Below are positions 9,905-17,882 of a DNA stretch of 64,000 bases, piece after piece. The stretch is from assembly GCA_041489155.1 (NCBI GenBank), contig JBGPQP010000001.1, positions 25,431 to 89,430 on the forward strand. Direction: 5' to 3'. The notes below the pieces were generated by a model. The model searched no databases, was not told the DNA's origin, and saw nothing but the letters and a program-made list of their open reading frames with translations. Each line of letters opens with the position of its first letter. The stretch's first letter is position 1. This stretch comes from Candidatus Aenigmatarchaeota archaeon (GTDB lineage Archaea; Aenigmatarchaeota; Aenigmatarchaeia; QMZP01; QMZT01). The translations under genes were made by a program, and so were the position numbers.

Positions 9905-11402
9905 TAGCAAAGAAAAAGGTATGGATGTTCTGGAGAATTATAATATAGAATACCAGAATGTCATCGCCATAGTAAGGATTTATCACGACCAGAACGAATA
10001 CGTGCCTATTTATGAAATAAAATATCCGAAAATAGAGGAGGCCACCTGGGCGATACTTGACTCAATAAGGGAAAAGATAGTCACCGAGCTTGCCTTCAGA
10101 ACTGACGACATACTGAGCCCGGAAGAAACCGGTGACGTAAGAAAAAAATTCGTGCAGAAGGCAACCAACCTCGTTGAATCTGAATTGCCCAATCTGGCAA
10201 AAAACGACGTCGACATACTTGTAGGAATTCTATCGCAGGAATCGCTCGGGCTGGGACCAATCGAGTTCATGCTTAAAGACAACAGCCTTGAAGAAATAGT
10301 GATAAACAACGCAAAAGAACCGATATGGGTTTACCACAGGACCTATGGCTGGCTGAAAACGAATGTCAAACTCAACGACGAGACAAAAATCTACAACTAC
10401 GCCGCGCAGATAGGCAGGAAAGTTGGGACTCAGATAACCAACCTGAACCCGCTCATGGACGCTTATCTGACGACGGGCGACAGGGCAAACGCCACGCTTT
10501 TCCCGATTTCATCAAAGGGCAACACGCTGACCATAAGGAAATTCGCTAGGAGGCCATGGACCATAACTGATTTCATAGAAACCAAGACCATTTCACCTGA
10601 AGTCGCCGCTTTCCTCTGGCTTGCGATACAGTTCGAAATGAACATCGTCTGCACGGGCGGAACGGCTTCCGGCAAAACGTCTTTCCTCAACGTCCTGTGC
10701 ATGTTCATACCTCCGACGCAGAGGATAATATCGATAGAGGACACTAGGGAAATCCAGCTCCCGCCGTTCCTTCACTGGCTGCCGCTCACGACAAGGCCGC
10801 CCAACATAGAGGGCAGGGGAGAGGTCACGATGCTGCAACTCATGATAAACGCACTTCGCATGAGGCCGGACAGGATGATAGTCGGGGAGATACGACGCTC
10901 GAAAGAGGCCGAGGTCCTCTTTGAAGCGATAAACACGGGCCACTCGGTGTATTCAACGCTCCACGCGAACACCGCGGAAGAAACTCTGAAGAGGCTTATT
11001 AACCCGCCCATCAACATCCCCTTGTCTTTGCTGACCTCGCTCCAGCTCATAGCGGTGATGCACAGGGACAGGAGAAAGAATATAAGAAGGGTTCTGGAGG
11101 TCACCGAACTCATACCATCCGGCGGGATCGACGAGATGAAAATCGAACTGAACAACGTTTTCAGGTGGGTGCCATCGAAGGACCAGATGATAGAATGGGG
11201 CAAATCCAACAGGGTGTGGAACGACATAAAATTGTTCTCGGGCATGGAGGACAACGAAATAAAGAAGAATCTCGAGGAAAAAAAGAGCGTACTTCTCTGG
11301 ATGGTGAAAAACAAGATAAACACGATAGACAAAGTAGGAAGGATAATATCGGACTACTATAAAGATCCTGAAAGCGTGCTAAAAATGGTAAGAAAGGCGT
11401 AG
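9849..11402 (+). CDS. Type IV pilus/Tad secretion ATPase (CpaF/FlaI family)
   Basis: Walker A GGTASGKT; SIEDTRE; ALRMRPDRMIVGEIR; TGHSVYSTLHA. Confidence 0.95.
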   Translation: MQAKKMQNPKKSQEKKPTDSKEKGMDVLENYNIEYQNVIAIVRIYHDQNEYVPIYEIKYPKIEEATWAILDSIREKIVTELAFRTDDILSPEETGDVRKKFVQKATNLVESELPNLAKNDVDILVGILSQESLGLGPIEFMLKDNSLEEIVINNAKEPIWVYHRTYGWLKTNVKLNDETKIYNYAAQIGRKVGTQITNLNPLMDAYLTTGDRANATLFPISSKGNTLTIRKFARRPWTITDFIETKTISPEVAAFLWLAIQFEMNIVCTGGTASGKTSFLNVLCMFIPPTQRIISIEDTREIQLPPFLHWLPLTTRPPNIEGRGEVTMLQLMINALRMRPDRMIVGEIRRSKEAEVLFEAINTGHSVYSTLHANTAEETLKRLINPPINIPLSLLTSLQLIAVMHRDRRKNIRRVLEVTELIPSGGIDEMKIELNNVFRWVPSKDQMIEWGKSNRVWNDIKLFSGMEDNEIKKNLEEKKSVLLWMVKNKINTIDKVGRIISDYYKDPESVLKMVRKA

Positions 11403-11407
11403 CGGAT

Positions 11408-11989
11408 TTATCTTTGCATCTGCGTTTTCTCGAACTTCGGAACGAACACCCTGTACTTGTCCTTGTCTTCCATTTCTTCCAGTATCCTCTTTATTATCAT
11501 CTTTTCCGGGTCCGGCAGCATGCTGACCCGCTTTTTCAGGTCATCGAAGCTTTCAAAGGACTTCTCCTTTCTCGCGGAAAGGATTTCCCAGAGATGTTTC
11601 TTGCCTATGCCCGGCAGAAGCTCAAGCTGGTGCAGTCTTGTAGTAATCGGTCCGGCCTTGTTGAAGAACTCAAGGAACTTCTGCTGGTTCACCTTCACTA
11701 TGCCTTCTACGATGTCCGTGACCTCATCCTTGGCTGCAGTTGTCAGGTCCTTGAAGTCTATTCTTCTTTTTATGAATTTGACCTCATCCCTTTTGCCGTC
11801 GCCTATGTAAACCCGTGAACCGACCTTAAGGTAAACGCCGTCCCTCACTATTACCTCGAGCAGTGAGAAATACGCCTCCCCCATTACCTGCGAAACCGGC
11901 TGGGAGATGCGCATGCCGTAATATCCGTGAGGCAGGTAGTCCAAAACTATCGCCCACTCGTCCTTTTTGATTTCTTTATGTTGAAGCAT
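11408..11989 (-). CDS. DUF655 putative RNA-binding protein
   Basis: VLDYLPHG, FSLLEV, TTRLHQLELLPGIGKK; conserved archaeal rpl21e-rpo4-DUF655 gene order. Confidence 0.92.
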   Translation of the reverse strand: MLQHKEIKKDEWAIVLDYLPHGYYGMRISQPVSQVMGEAYFSLLEVIVRDGVYLKVGSRVYIGDGKRDEVKFIKRRIDFKDLTTAAKDEVTDIVEGIVKVNQQKFLEFFNKAGPITTRLHQLELLPGIGKKHLWEILSARKEKSFESFDDLKKRVSMLPDPEKMIIKRILEEMEDKDKYRVFVPKFEKTQMQR

Positions 11990-12038
11990 AACCCACCTAT
12001 CTTGTTTTAATAAGATTAAAACAGGGATTTATAAAACG

Positions 12039-12365
12039 CTATTTGTTGTCCTTGACTATCTTCAGTATTTTCCTCTTGTCGTCATCGTTGAGAACTAGTC
12101 TTTCGTTCGCAAACAATACCCTCAGGTCGTTCTGGTTCTCTGGAAGGAAATTGATGATGCTTACAATGTGCCTTTCCTTGAGTTTCTCTATCGCTTTCAA
12201 GTCCTCTACCATCTTCTCGTATTTCTTCTCCGGAAGCTTGCAGAATTTTCTAAGGTGTTCCAGCGCATTCTTCTGCTCATAAACAAGTTCCCTGGTCTTT
12301 TCCTTTTCCGAGAGGATTTTCTTCGCCTCGGCCCAGCTCACGACTTTTTCATCCTTAACGTTCAT
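12039..12365 (-). CDS. rpo4: DNA-directed RNA polymerase subunit Rpo4 (RpoF)
   Basis: ELVYEQKNALEHLRKF; IINFLPENQNDLRVLF; synteny. Confidence 0.92.
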   Translation of the reverse strand: MNVKDEKVVSWAEAKKILSEKEKTRELVYEQKNALEHLRKFCKLPEKKYEKMVEDLKAIEKLKERHIVSIINFLPENQNDLRVLFANERLVLNDDDKRKILKIVKDNK

Positions 12366-12373
12366 GGAATCAC

Positions 12374-12661
12374 CTATTTCTTAAGCACCAGATGCTCGGG
12401 CCTTGATATGACTTCCTTGTTTTTGTTGCCGACCCTGATGACTACTATATATGCGTCCCCTCTTCTTTCCTTGACCTTGCCAGCAAGACCCTTGAATTTG
12501 GGAAAGGGCATTCCTTTGTGTGACGAGGGGTCCGGTTTTATGACTACCATATCGTGCGGCTTGAATTCCTTTAGATATGGGGTTACCTTGAACTTGTGCC
12601 TCAATTCTCTCTTAAGCTTCCTTCTTGTCGATCTCCTAAAGCCTTTTGTTGCTCTTACCAT
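12374..12661 (-). CDS. rpl21e: 50S ribosomal protein eL21 (in frame with upstream Pus10, no intervening stop)
   Basis: MVRATKGFRRSTR...DPSSHKGMPFPKFKGLAGKV...RPEHL; ATG at 12661. Confidence 0.95.
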   Translation of the reverse strand: MVRATKGFRRSTRRKLKRELRHKFKVTPYLKEFKPHDMVVIKPDPSSHKGMPFPKFKGLAGKVKERRGDAYIVVIRVGNKNKEVISRPEHLVLKK

Positions 12662-13819
12662 ATTATTCAGTCCTTGAAGACCTATCAGGTCGAACTCCTT
12701 TATTTTCGCGCTGTTTTTCAATACCTGCGAGACCGACGGCGTGGTTCTGCCAGCATCGCCGGTTATCAGTTCATGCAGGTATAAGCCGGACTCGACAGAT
12801 ATTTCAATTTGGTATCTTTTAGTATTAATCCTTTTCCATTTTATGCTTTTAACCTTTTTATGCTTTGTTTTGTCCGGTTTGCGACCCAAAACCCTGCTCG
12901 GCGTCCTCTGTTTTATTGTGCCGACCAGTTTTTTAAGTTCGCCTATTTCTGATACGGGATTTTCGAAATCAACTATTGCCCGGAAGATTTTGTAAGGTTT
13001 TTCTGACTTGATTCTGGCTATTTCATCCCTACCGGAAAGGCGGAGACCTGTAACCTTCACCTTCCTGTTCGCATTTATTGTTTTGGCGATTTCTTTCAGG
13101 TTCAGCCTCCTTCTGGCAGGCTGTTTTATTTCTATCACGAATGGTCTCCAGACGAGGCATCTTGCTTCCTTGTCCTCTCTTCCCAAGGCATGGAGCAGGT
13201 GTGTTTCGCCTTGCGTGGCTTTCATCATGGGTTTTGCTATTATATCCTCCACCGAATCCCTGTACCGATGCGAACTTGTCTGTGGGAGACCGCGACTGAA
13301 TTTCTTGTATTTGCCGTACACAAAAACCGGGTTGTATGAAACCTCGAACGCCATTTTCTGGACGTCAAATATTATAAGAACGTCAGGTTTTTCGTGGTCA
13401 ATTTTTGCCCCTGTTTTCTTTTTTATAATCTCAGAAAGCTGCCAGGATATTTCAGCTTTTATTGGCTCGGAATACTTTGCCCCGGTCTTCTCCCAGAGAG
13501 ACTCTTCGTTCATGACTAGCGAGTCGCTCATCCTGACACCAACCATGAAAGTACGTAAATCCATCTTATTCAGGCCTTTTAATTTTTTATTCACCAAACC
13601 GCCAAGACCGGCGAGAAAATTTTCGCAGAGCATGCATTTTTCTGCTCTGTTTTGGGGGAATGACATCCCCTCCCTTTCAAGCATTCTGCGGACAAGGCGG
13701 CCTTTGTCATTATTGTTCTTTCCAATGACCGCTTTCGAGAACTGACGACCGAGGCAGTTGTCGCAAACATATCCCAAGCTGAGAAGTTTTATCGCAGCCT
13801 CTTTTATCGTCTTTTTCAT
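12374..13819 (-). CDS. pus10: tRNA pseudouridine synthase Pus10 (divergent), read through in frame into eL21
   Basis: Zn site CDNCLGRQF/CMLC; GKYKKFSRGLPQT; GRED; RPFVIEI; QRTPSRV; GLYLHELITGDAGRTTPS. Confidence 0.9.
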   Translation of the reverse strand: MKKTIKEAAIKLLSLGYVCDNCLGRQFSKAVIGKNNNDKGRLVRRMLEREGMSFPQNRAEKCMLCENFLAGLGGLVNKKLKGLNKMDLRTFMVGVRMSDSLVMNEESLWEKTGAKYSEPIKAEISWQLSEIIKKKTGAKIDHEKPDVLIIFDVQKMAFEVSYNPVFVYGKYKKFSRGLPQTSSHRYRDSVEDIIAKPMMKATQGETHLLHALGREDKEARCLVWRPFVIEIKQPARRRLNLKEIAKTINANRKVKVTGLRLSGRDEIARIKSEKPYKIFRAIVDFENPVSEIGELKKLVGTIKQRTPSRVLGRKPDKTKHKKVKSIKWKRINTKRYQIEISVESGLYLHELITGDAGRTTPSVSQVLKNSAKIKEFDLIGLQGLNNMVRATKGFRRSTRRKLKRELRHKFKVTPYLKEFKPHDMVVIKPDPSSHKGMPFPKFKGLAGKVKERRGDAYIVVIRVGNKNKEVISRPEHLVLKK

Positions 13820-13842
13820 ATTACCATTATGGCCGGCTGGTT

Positions 13843-14598
13843 TTAAACAGTTTTCAGGCGGAAAACGCGGACGGCATTTTCCTTCGCCTTGGCTAGGACC
13901 TCTTCCTGCGTCGTCTTTTTTAGTTCAGCTATCTTCTCCGCGGAAAGCTTTATGTTCCATGGATAGTTTCTCGTGTCCTGTTCCTTGTTTGGCGAGAGGA
14001 AGGGTGAATCGGTTTCAAGAAGAAGCTTGTCAAACGGGAGATCTTTTGCGATCTTTCTTATGTTTTTGGAGAAAAGCACCATTGTCGATATGGAAATGTA
14101 AAAGCCATTTTCTACGATTTTCTTGGCCAGCTCCCTTGTCCCGGAGAAACAGTGGAACACCGCATCAAGATTAGCAGCTCTGACCATTTCAAAACATTCC
14201 TCTTCCGCGTCCCATGAATGTATCACTATTGGTTTTTTCAGCTTCTGGGCAAGCTCGATGAAACTGGAAAATACTTCTTTCTGCGTTCTTTGCTTGTCAG
14301 CATTCTTCTCCCAGTGGTGGTCGAGCCCTACTTCGCCGACACCAACGATTTTCTCCCTGTTGGATTTAATGAGGTCCATTATCCTTTCCGGCCCGTCGCC
14401 TCCCTCTGTGGGGTGGTACCCAAGTGTTGAAAAAAGAAAACCGGGATCTTTTCCGGTGAGATCCAGTGCTTTCAACCCTTCGTCGTACCTTGCTGACGCG
14501 ACTATTACGGCCGAAAGCTCTTGCCTGCATCTCGATATTATCGAAGCCATGTCTTTGTCGTAATCACCGAAACAAAGATGCGCGTGTATGTCTATCAT
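13843..14598 (-). CDS. tatD: TatD-family nuclease
   Basis: IDIHAHL; GYHP; GEVGLD; IHSW; FHCFSG; LLETDSPF. Confidence 0.95.
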   Translation of the reverse strand: MIDIHAHLCFGDYDKDMASIISRCRQELSAVIVASARYDEGLKALDLTGKDPGFLFSTLGYHPTEGGDGPERIMDLIKSNREKIVGVGEVGLDHHWEKNADKQRTQKEVFSSFIELAQKLKKPIVIHSWDAEEECFEMVRAANLDAVFHCFSGTRELAKKIVENGFYISISTMVLFSKNIRKIAKDLPFDKLLLETDSPFLSPNKEQDTRNYPWNIKLSAEKIAELKKTTQEEVLAKAKENAVRVFRLKTV

Positions 14599-14599
14599 G

Positions 14600-15433
14600 T
14601 CATGCCTCGGAAAAGAAATACCTAAGCGCTTCCTGTATATCCTTGACTTCGATGACGTCTATTCCCACCTCTTCCGATATGTTGACTTTTTGGGGGACTT
14701 TCTCGTTGGTGCATATCTGGGCAGGACCTATCTGCTCGCAATATTTTCTTGTCTCGTACGTGATTTCCTGCGACTGCATAAGGGGGACAAGAAGCAGGCG
14801 CGCTCCGGCGTCTTTCGCTGCCTTTGCCTTTTCAAGCACCTGGCCGACCGGTCCTATCGTGCCGTCGTGGTTGATGGCGCCGGTTATGAAAACACGCTGG
14901 TCTATGTTCTTTTTCCATATTGCAGCGATGGTAGCGATGGTCAAAGCCGTCCCTGCTGACGGGCCTTCGACCGAGGTGGCGTTTGTGGTAATCGTATATA
15001 TCATGTCATAATTGGACATGTTCACGCCTGTTATGTTCGAAGCAACCTTGCTCGAGGTGCGGATAGAGTTCTGGGTATCGGTCCAGAAAAGCAGCTTGTC
15101 TATGTTCGCGAGGACCCTGCCGTCGCCTGGAACTATCTGGACTGTGATAACAGTCGTCAGGCCGTTGCCTTCCTCGTCCACCGCTGGTATTACTATGGAT
15201 GTGTACGAAACGTTCGCAAAAGAGCCCTGGACAGGGTTGTAGGGGACGTAGTTGACGATATTGATTGGCCTTGTTTCATTGCGATATATGATGACCGTTT
15301 CGTTCATGTTGCCCATGTAATAACCAATCAGAAACACAAGCGTAACAGAAATCAGGGCGGCCAAAAACCTGATTGTTTTTTTCTTTCCGGTCGGTTTGCT
15401 GTGAACCGTTCTTCTGTAGGCGTACATTGGCAC
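14600..15433 (-). CDS. Membrane-anchored Lon-like (S16) serine protease domain protein
   Basis: N-terminal TM helix; VEGPSAG catalytic Ser; ITGAINHDGTIGPVGQVLEKAKAA with the Lys; no AAA domain. Confidence 0.88.
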   Translation of the reverse strand: MPMYAYRRTVHSKPTGKKKTIRFLAALISVTLVFLIGYYMGNMNETVIIYRNETRPINIVNYVPYNPVQGSFANVSYTSIVIPAVDEEGNGLTTVITVQIVPGDGRVLANIDKLLFWTDTQNSIRTSSKVASNITGVNMSNYDMIYTITTNATSVEGPSAGTALTIATIAAIWKKNIDQRVFITGAINHDGTIGPVGQVLEKAKAAKDAGARLLLVPLMQSQEITYETRKYCEQIGPAQICTNEKVPQKVNISEEVGIDVIEVKDIQEALRYFFSEA

Positions 15434-15476
15434 AACCCCGATGCTAGCATGATTTCTATCTTTTTCATTCGCTGTT

Positions 15477-15490
15477 AAACAATTTAAATA
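15477..15490 (+). promoter_or_regulatory. BRE/TATA promoter of the SRP RNA gene
   Basis: AAACAATTTAAATA ending about 20 nt upstream of the inferred 5' end at 15511. Confidence 0.55.
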
Positions 15491-15510
15491 TTGACTGTTG
15501 GATTATTAAT

Positions 15511-15825
15511 GCAGGGGGCCTCCAACTGCGGGGCTAGGCCTACCGCACCTTCGGGTGGCAAACGGTCTTCATGGCCGGTTGTAGTTTACGGGTGGCTTTG
15601 CGAGGACTGCAAGCCCAGTCCTGCCAACTGAGAAGCCTTGTCCTGCAGGATCATCTTCATAGTGAACCGGGTCAGGGTCGGAAAGTTTCGCACGTTCCGC
15701 GTGCGTGCCCCGAAAGACAGCAGCCCTAAACCGTGTTGGTGGTGCTTGCAGGGTTACAGGGTGGAGAAGGCGGACCGGATAACTTCCAGCTTTTCGTAAA
15801 AGTCTAACGTTAACACGCCTCCTGC
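15511..15825 (+). ncRNA. ffs: Archaeal SRP (7S) RNA with a candidate intron in helix 8
   Basis: GGGCTAGGCC 5' motif; TGTAG Alu motif; GAACCGGGTCAGG...AGCAGCCCTAA helix 8; terminal stem GCAGGGGGC (15511-15519) with GCCTCCTGC (15817-15825). Ends approximate. Confidence 0.9.
15684..15715 (+). other. Candidate 32-nt BHB-type intron in SRP RNA helix 8
   Basis: Central helix TCGG (15678-81)/CCGA (15710-13); bulges AAA and AAG; internal hairpin CGCACG/CGTGCG. Removal gives CAGG-GTC-GGAA-GAC-AGCAG. Confidence 0.75.
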
Positions 15826-15893
15826 TCTTTGTTATATTTCCGTAAACAAGCAGCAATTCTCGGATTTTTTATAGGCGATGACAATATTTTAAT

Positions 15894-16772
15894 ATGCCTT
15901 CCTTTTACAGAAAATTGTCCCTCGTTCTTTTCGGGGGTCTGGTTGAGAAGAACATCGCTTCGTTCAAGCCGCTGGAGCTGCATATAAGAAATGCCAACAT
16001 GAAAATCCTTCTGAAAACATGGATAAGCATGCTGTTTATGTCGACGTTCATTTCTTTCTTCGTTTCATTCATTCTGATTTACGTGCTCCTGAGCTACATC
16101 GTCCAAGTGGAATTCTACATATACATATTCTGCATTATATTTTTCCCGGTCTTCGTTGCATCACTGGTTTTCATATTTTTTTACCTGTATCCGGTCGAAA
16201 AGGAGAGGTCAAGGCAACGTTCAATAGAAAATAACATGCCCTTTGCCATCACGCATATGGCGGCTATTGCCTCATCTGGAATACCAACCGAATTCATGTT
16301 TGAGTTATTGACTGGCTTCAAGGAGTACGGGGAGATATCACAGGATTCGAAGCTCATAATGAGGAACATAAAAACATTCGGCATGAGTTCGATCGATGCC
16401 TTGAAGGACATCGCCGATAGAACGCCTTCCCAGAGCTTCAGGGAGCTTCTGCTGGGCATAGTCTCAACTACAGAGTCAGGAGGGGACATGGTGGAATACC
16501 TGCATGAGATGTCCGAGAGGGCCTTGTTTGACTACAGGATAAAAAGAGAGAGGTATATGAAAACGCTTTCCACATATGCAGACATATACACCGCGCTTCT
16601 TGTAGCCGCGCCTCTGATGATGCTCTCAATGCTTGCGACCATGAGCATAATAGGGGGAAGCGTGATGGGGCTTACGATAGATGAGATGATAATGCTGATT
16701 ACATGGGTCATGCTGCCGTTCCTCAATGTAGCTTTCATTGTATTCATTCATATCACATATCCCGGTGTGTAA
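15894..16772 (+). CDS. Type II secretion F / TadB-FlaJ-like pilus platform protein
   Basis: IENNMPFAITHMAAIASSG; ALKDIADRTPS; multiple TM helices. Confidence 0.9.
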   Translation: MPSFYRKLSLVLFGGLVEKNIASFKPLELHIRNANMKILLKTWISMLFMSTFISFFVSFILIYVLLSYIVQVEFYIYIFCIIFFPVFVASLVFIFFYLYPVEKERSRQRSIENNMPFAITHMAAIASSGIPTEFMFELLTGFKEYGEISQDSKLIMRNIKTFGMSSIDALKDIADRTPSQSFRELLLGIVSTTESGGDMVEYLHEMSERALFDYRIKRERYMKTLSTYADIYTALLVAAPLMMLSMLATMSIIGGSVMGLTIDEMIMLITWVMLPFLNVAFIVFIHITYPGV

Positions 16773-16773
16773 A

Positions 16774-17631
16774 ATGGAAATGAGCAAAAACGTTATGAAC
16801 GAGGTGTTTTTTGTAGCGATAGGCATCTTGATACTGATGCTCAATTTCTTTGTAATAATCAATATATTCCCTTTCATATCACCGCTTTTCAACGTCCTCG
16901 GCGCCATGGTGGCTATAGTGCCGCCGTTCCTTATTTTCTATGGAAGATACAGGGTAAGCAAAGAGATAGAGGAACAATTCATAATATTCATAACCGATCT
17001 GACAGGGGCGATAGATTCCGGTATGACCCTGCCCATCGCCTTGAAGCATGTTTCAAAGAAAGACTACAGATCGCTGACGCCTTACGTAAAGGAGATAGAA
17101 GGCAAGGTCGAGTGGGGCATTCCTTTCGAAAAGGCACTGAACATATTCTCGCATAAAGTGAAGTCAACGCCCATTAGAAGATCTGTCAGCACGATAATAG
17201 AAACGTACAAGGTGGGCGGCAAGATATCAGATACGTTAAAGGCAATAGGTCAGTCGCTTATCGAAATAAACAAGATAAGGCAGGAACGTTCCACTTCTGT
17301 CCAATCGCAACTTGTTACGTCATACATGATATTCTTCGTTTTCATATTCATCCTTCTTATTCTGAAGAGCTTCCTGATCCCGTCACTGGGCAGCATGCAG
17401 ATGTCACCAAGCTTGATGGAGGAACAGGAAGAGACGCAAACTATGCCAACAGAAATCTACAACCAAACTTTCGTGAATTTTATACTTGTTCAGGGCTTTT
17501 TCGCCGGCCTTGCCACGGGGAAGATGGCAGAGGGCTCGGTGGTCGCCGGCATTAAGCACAGCATCGTTTTGATAGTGATAGGTTATACGGTTTTCTCTGT
17601 TCTCGGGCAGTTCCAGCTATCAATGTTTTAA
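16774..17631 (+). CDS. Type II secretion F / TadC-FlaJ-like pilus platform protein
   Basis: IDSGMTLPIAL; VEWGIPFEKAL; VQGFFAGLATGKMAEGSVVAGIKH. Confidence 0.9.
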   Translation: MEMSKNVMNEVFFVAIGILILMLNFFVIINIFPFISPLFNVLGAMVAIVPPFLIFYGRYRVSKEIEEQFIIFITDLTGAIDSGMTLPIALKHVSKKDYRSLTPYVKEIEGKVEWGIPFEKALNIFSHKVKSTPIRRSVSTIIETYKVGGKISDTLKAIGQSLIEINKIRQERSTSVQSQLVTSYMIFFVFIFILLILKSFLIPSLGSMQMSPSLMEEQEETQTMPTEIYNQTFVNFILVQGFFAGLATGKMAEGSVVAGIKHSIVLIVIGYTVFSVLGQFQLSMF

Positions 17632-17675
17632 ATATTCATCTGTAGGAATAAGTAATATTACTCAAGTGTGATGTT

Positions 17676-17882
17676 ATGGGAAGAATAAAAACGACCCCGA
17701 TAAAAACGCTCGGCGACCAGCTCATAAGAGAGCACACCGACAAGTTTAGCGTTGACTTTGAAAAGAACAAGGTTGTGCTGGGAGATTTAAAAGAGATAAA
17801 ATCGAAGAAGGTGAGGAACATACTTGCTGGTTACATAACCAAGGAAATGCAAAAGCTGAAGAAGAGCGACGTGAGTGTATGA
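17676..17882 (+). CDS. rps17e: 30S ribosomal protein eS17
   Basis: MGRIKT...FSVDFEKNK...SKKVRNILAGYIT. Confidence 0.97.
   Translation: MGRIKTTPIKTLGDQLIREHTDKFSVDFEKNKVVLGDLKEIKSKKVRNILAGYITKEMQKLKKSDVSV

Noticed and set aside
15603..15622. Hairpin AGGACTG/CAGTCCT as another SRP intron
   Set aside because: The 3' arm can instead pair with GGCGGACCGG as part of helix 5; no BHB geometry.
15511..15825. Possible circular permutation or terminal BHB of the SRP RNA, as in Thermoproteus
   Set aside because: Domains are in normal order (Alu, helix 5, helix 8), and I could not form a proper BHB at the terminal stem.
15569..15856. 95-aa minus-strand ORF
   Set aside because: Lies antisense to the SRP RNA; no protein-like features.
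9849..17631. Archaellum operon
   Set aside because: No FlaH, FlaF/G or archaellin-type sequences recognised; split platform genes and pilin types fit adhesive pili better.
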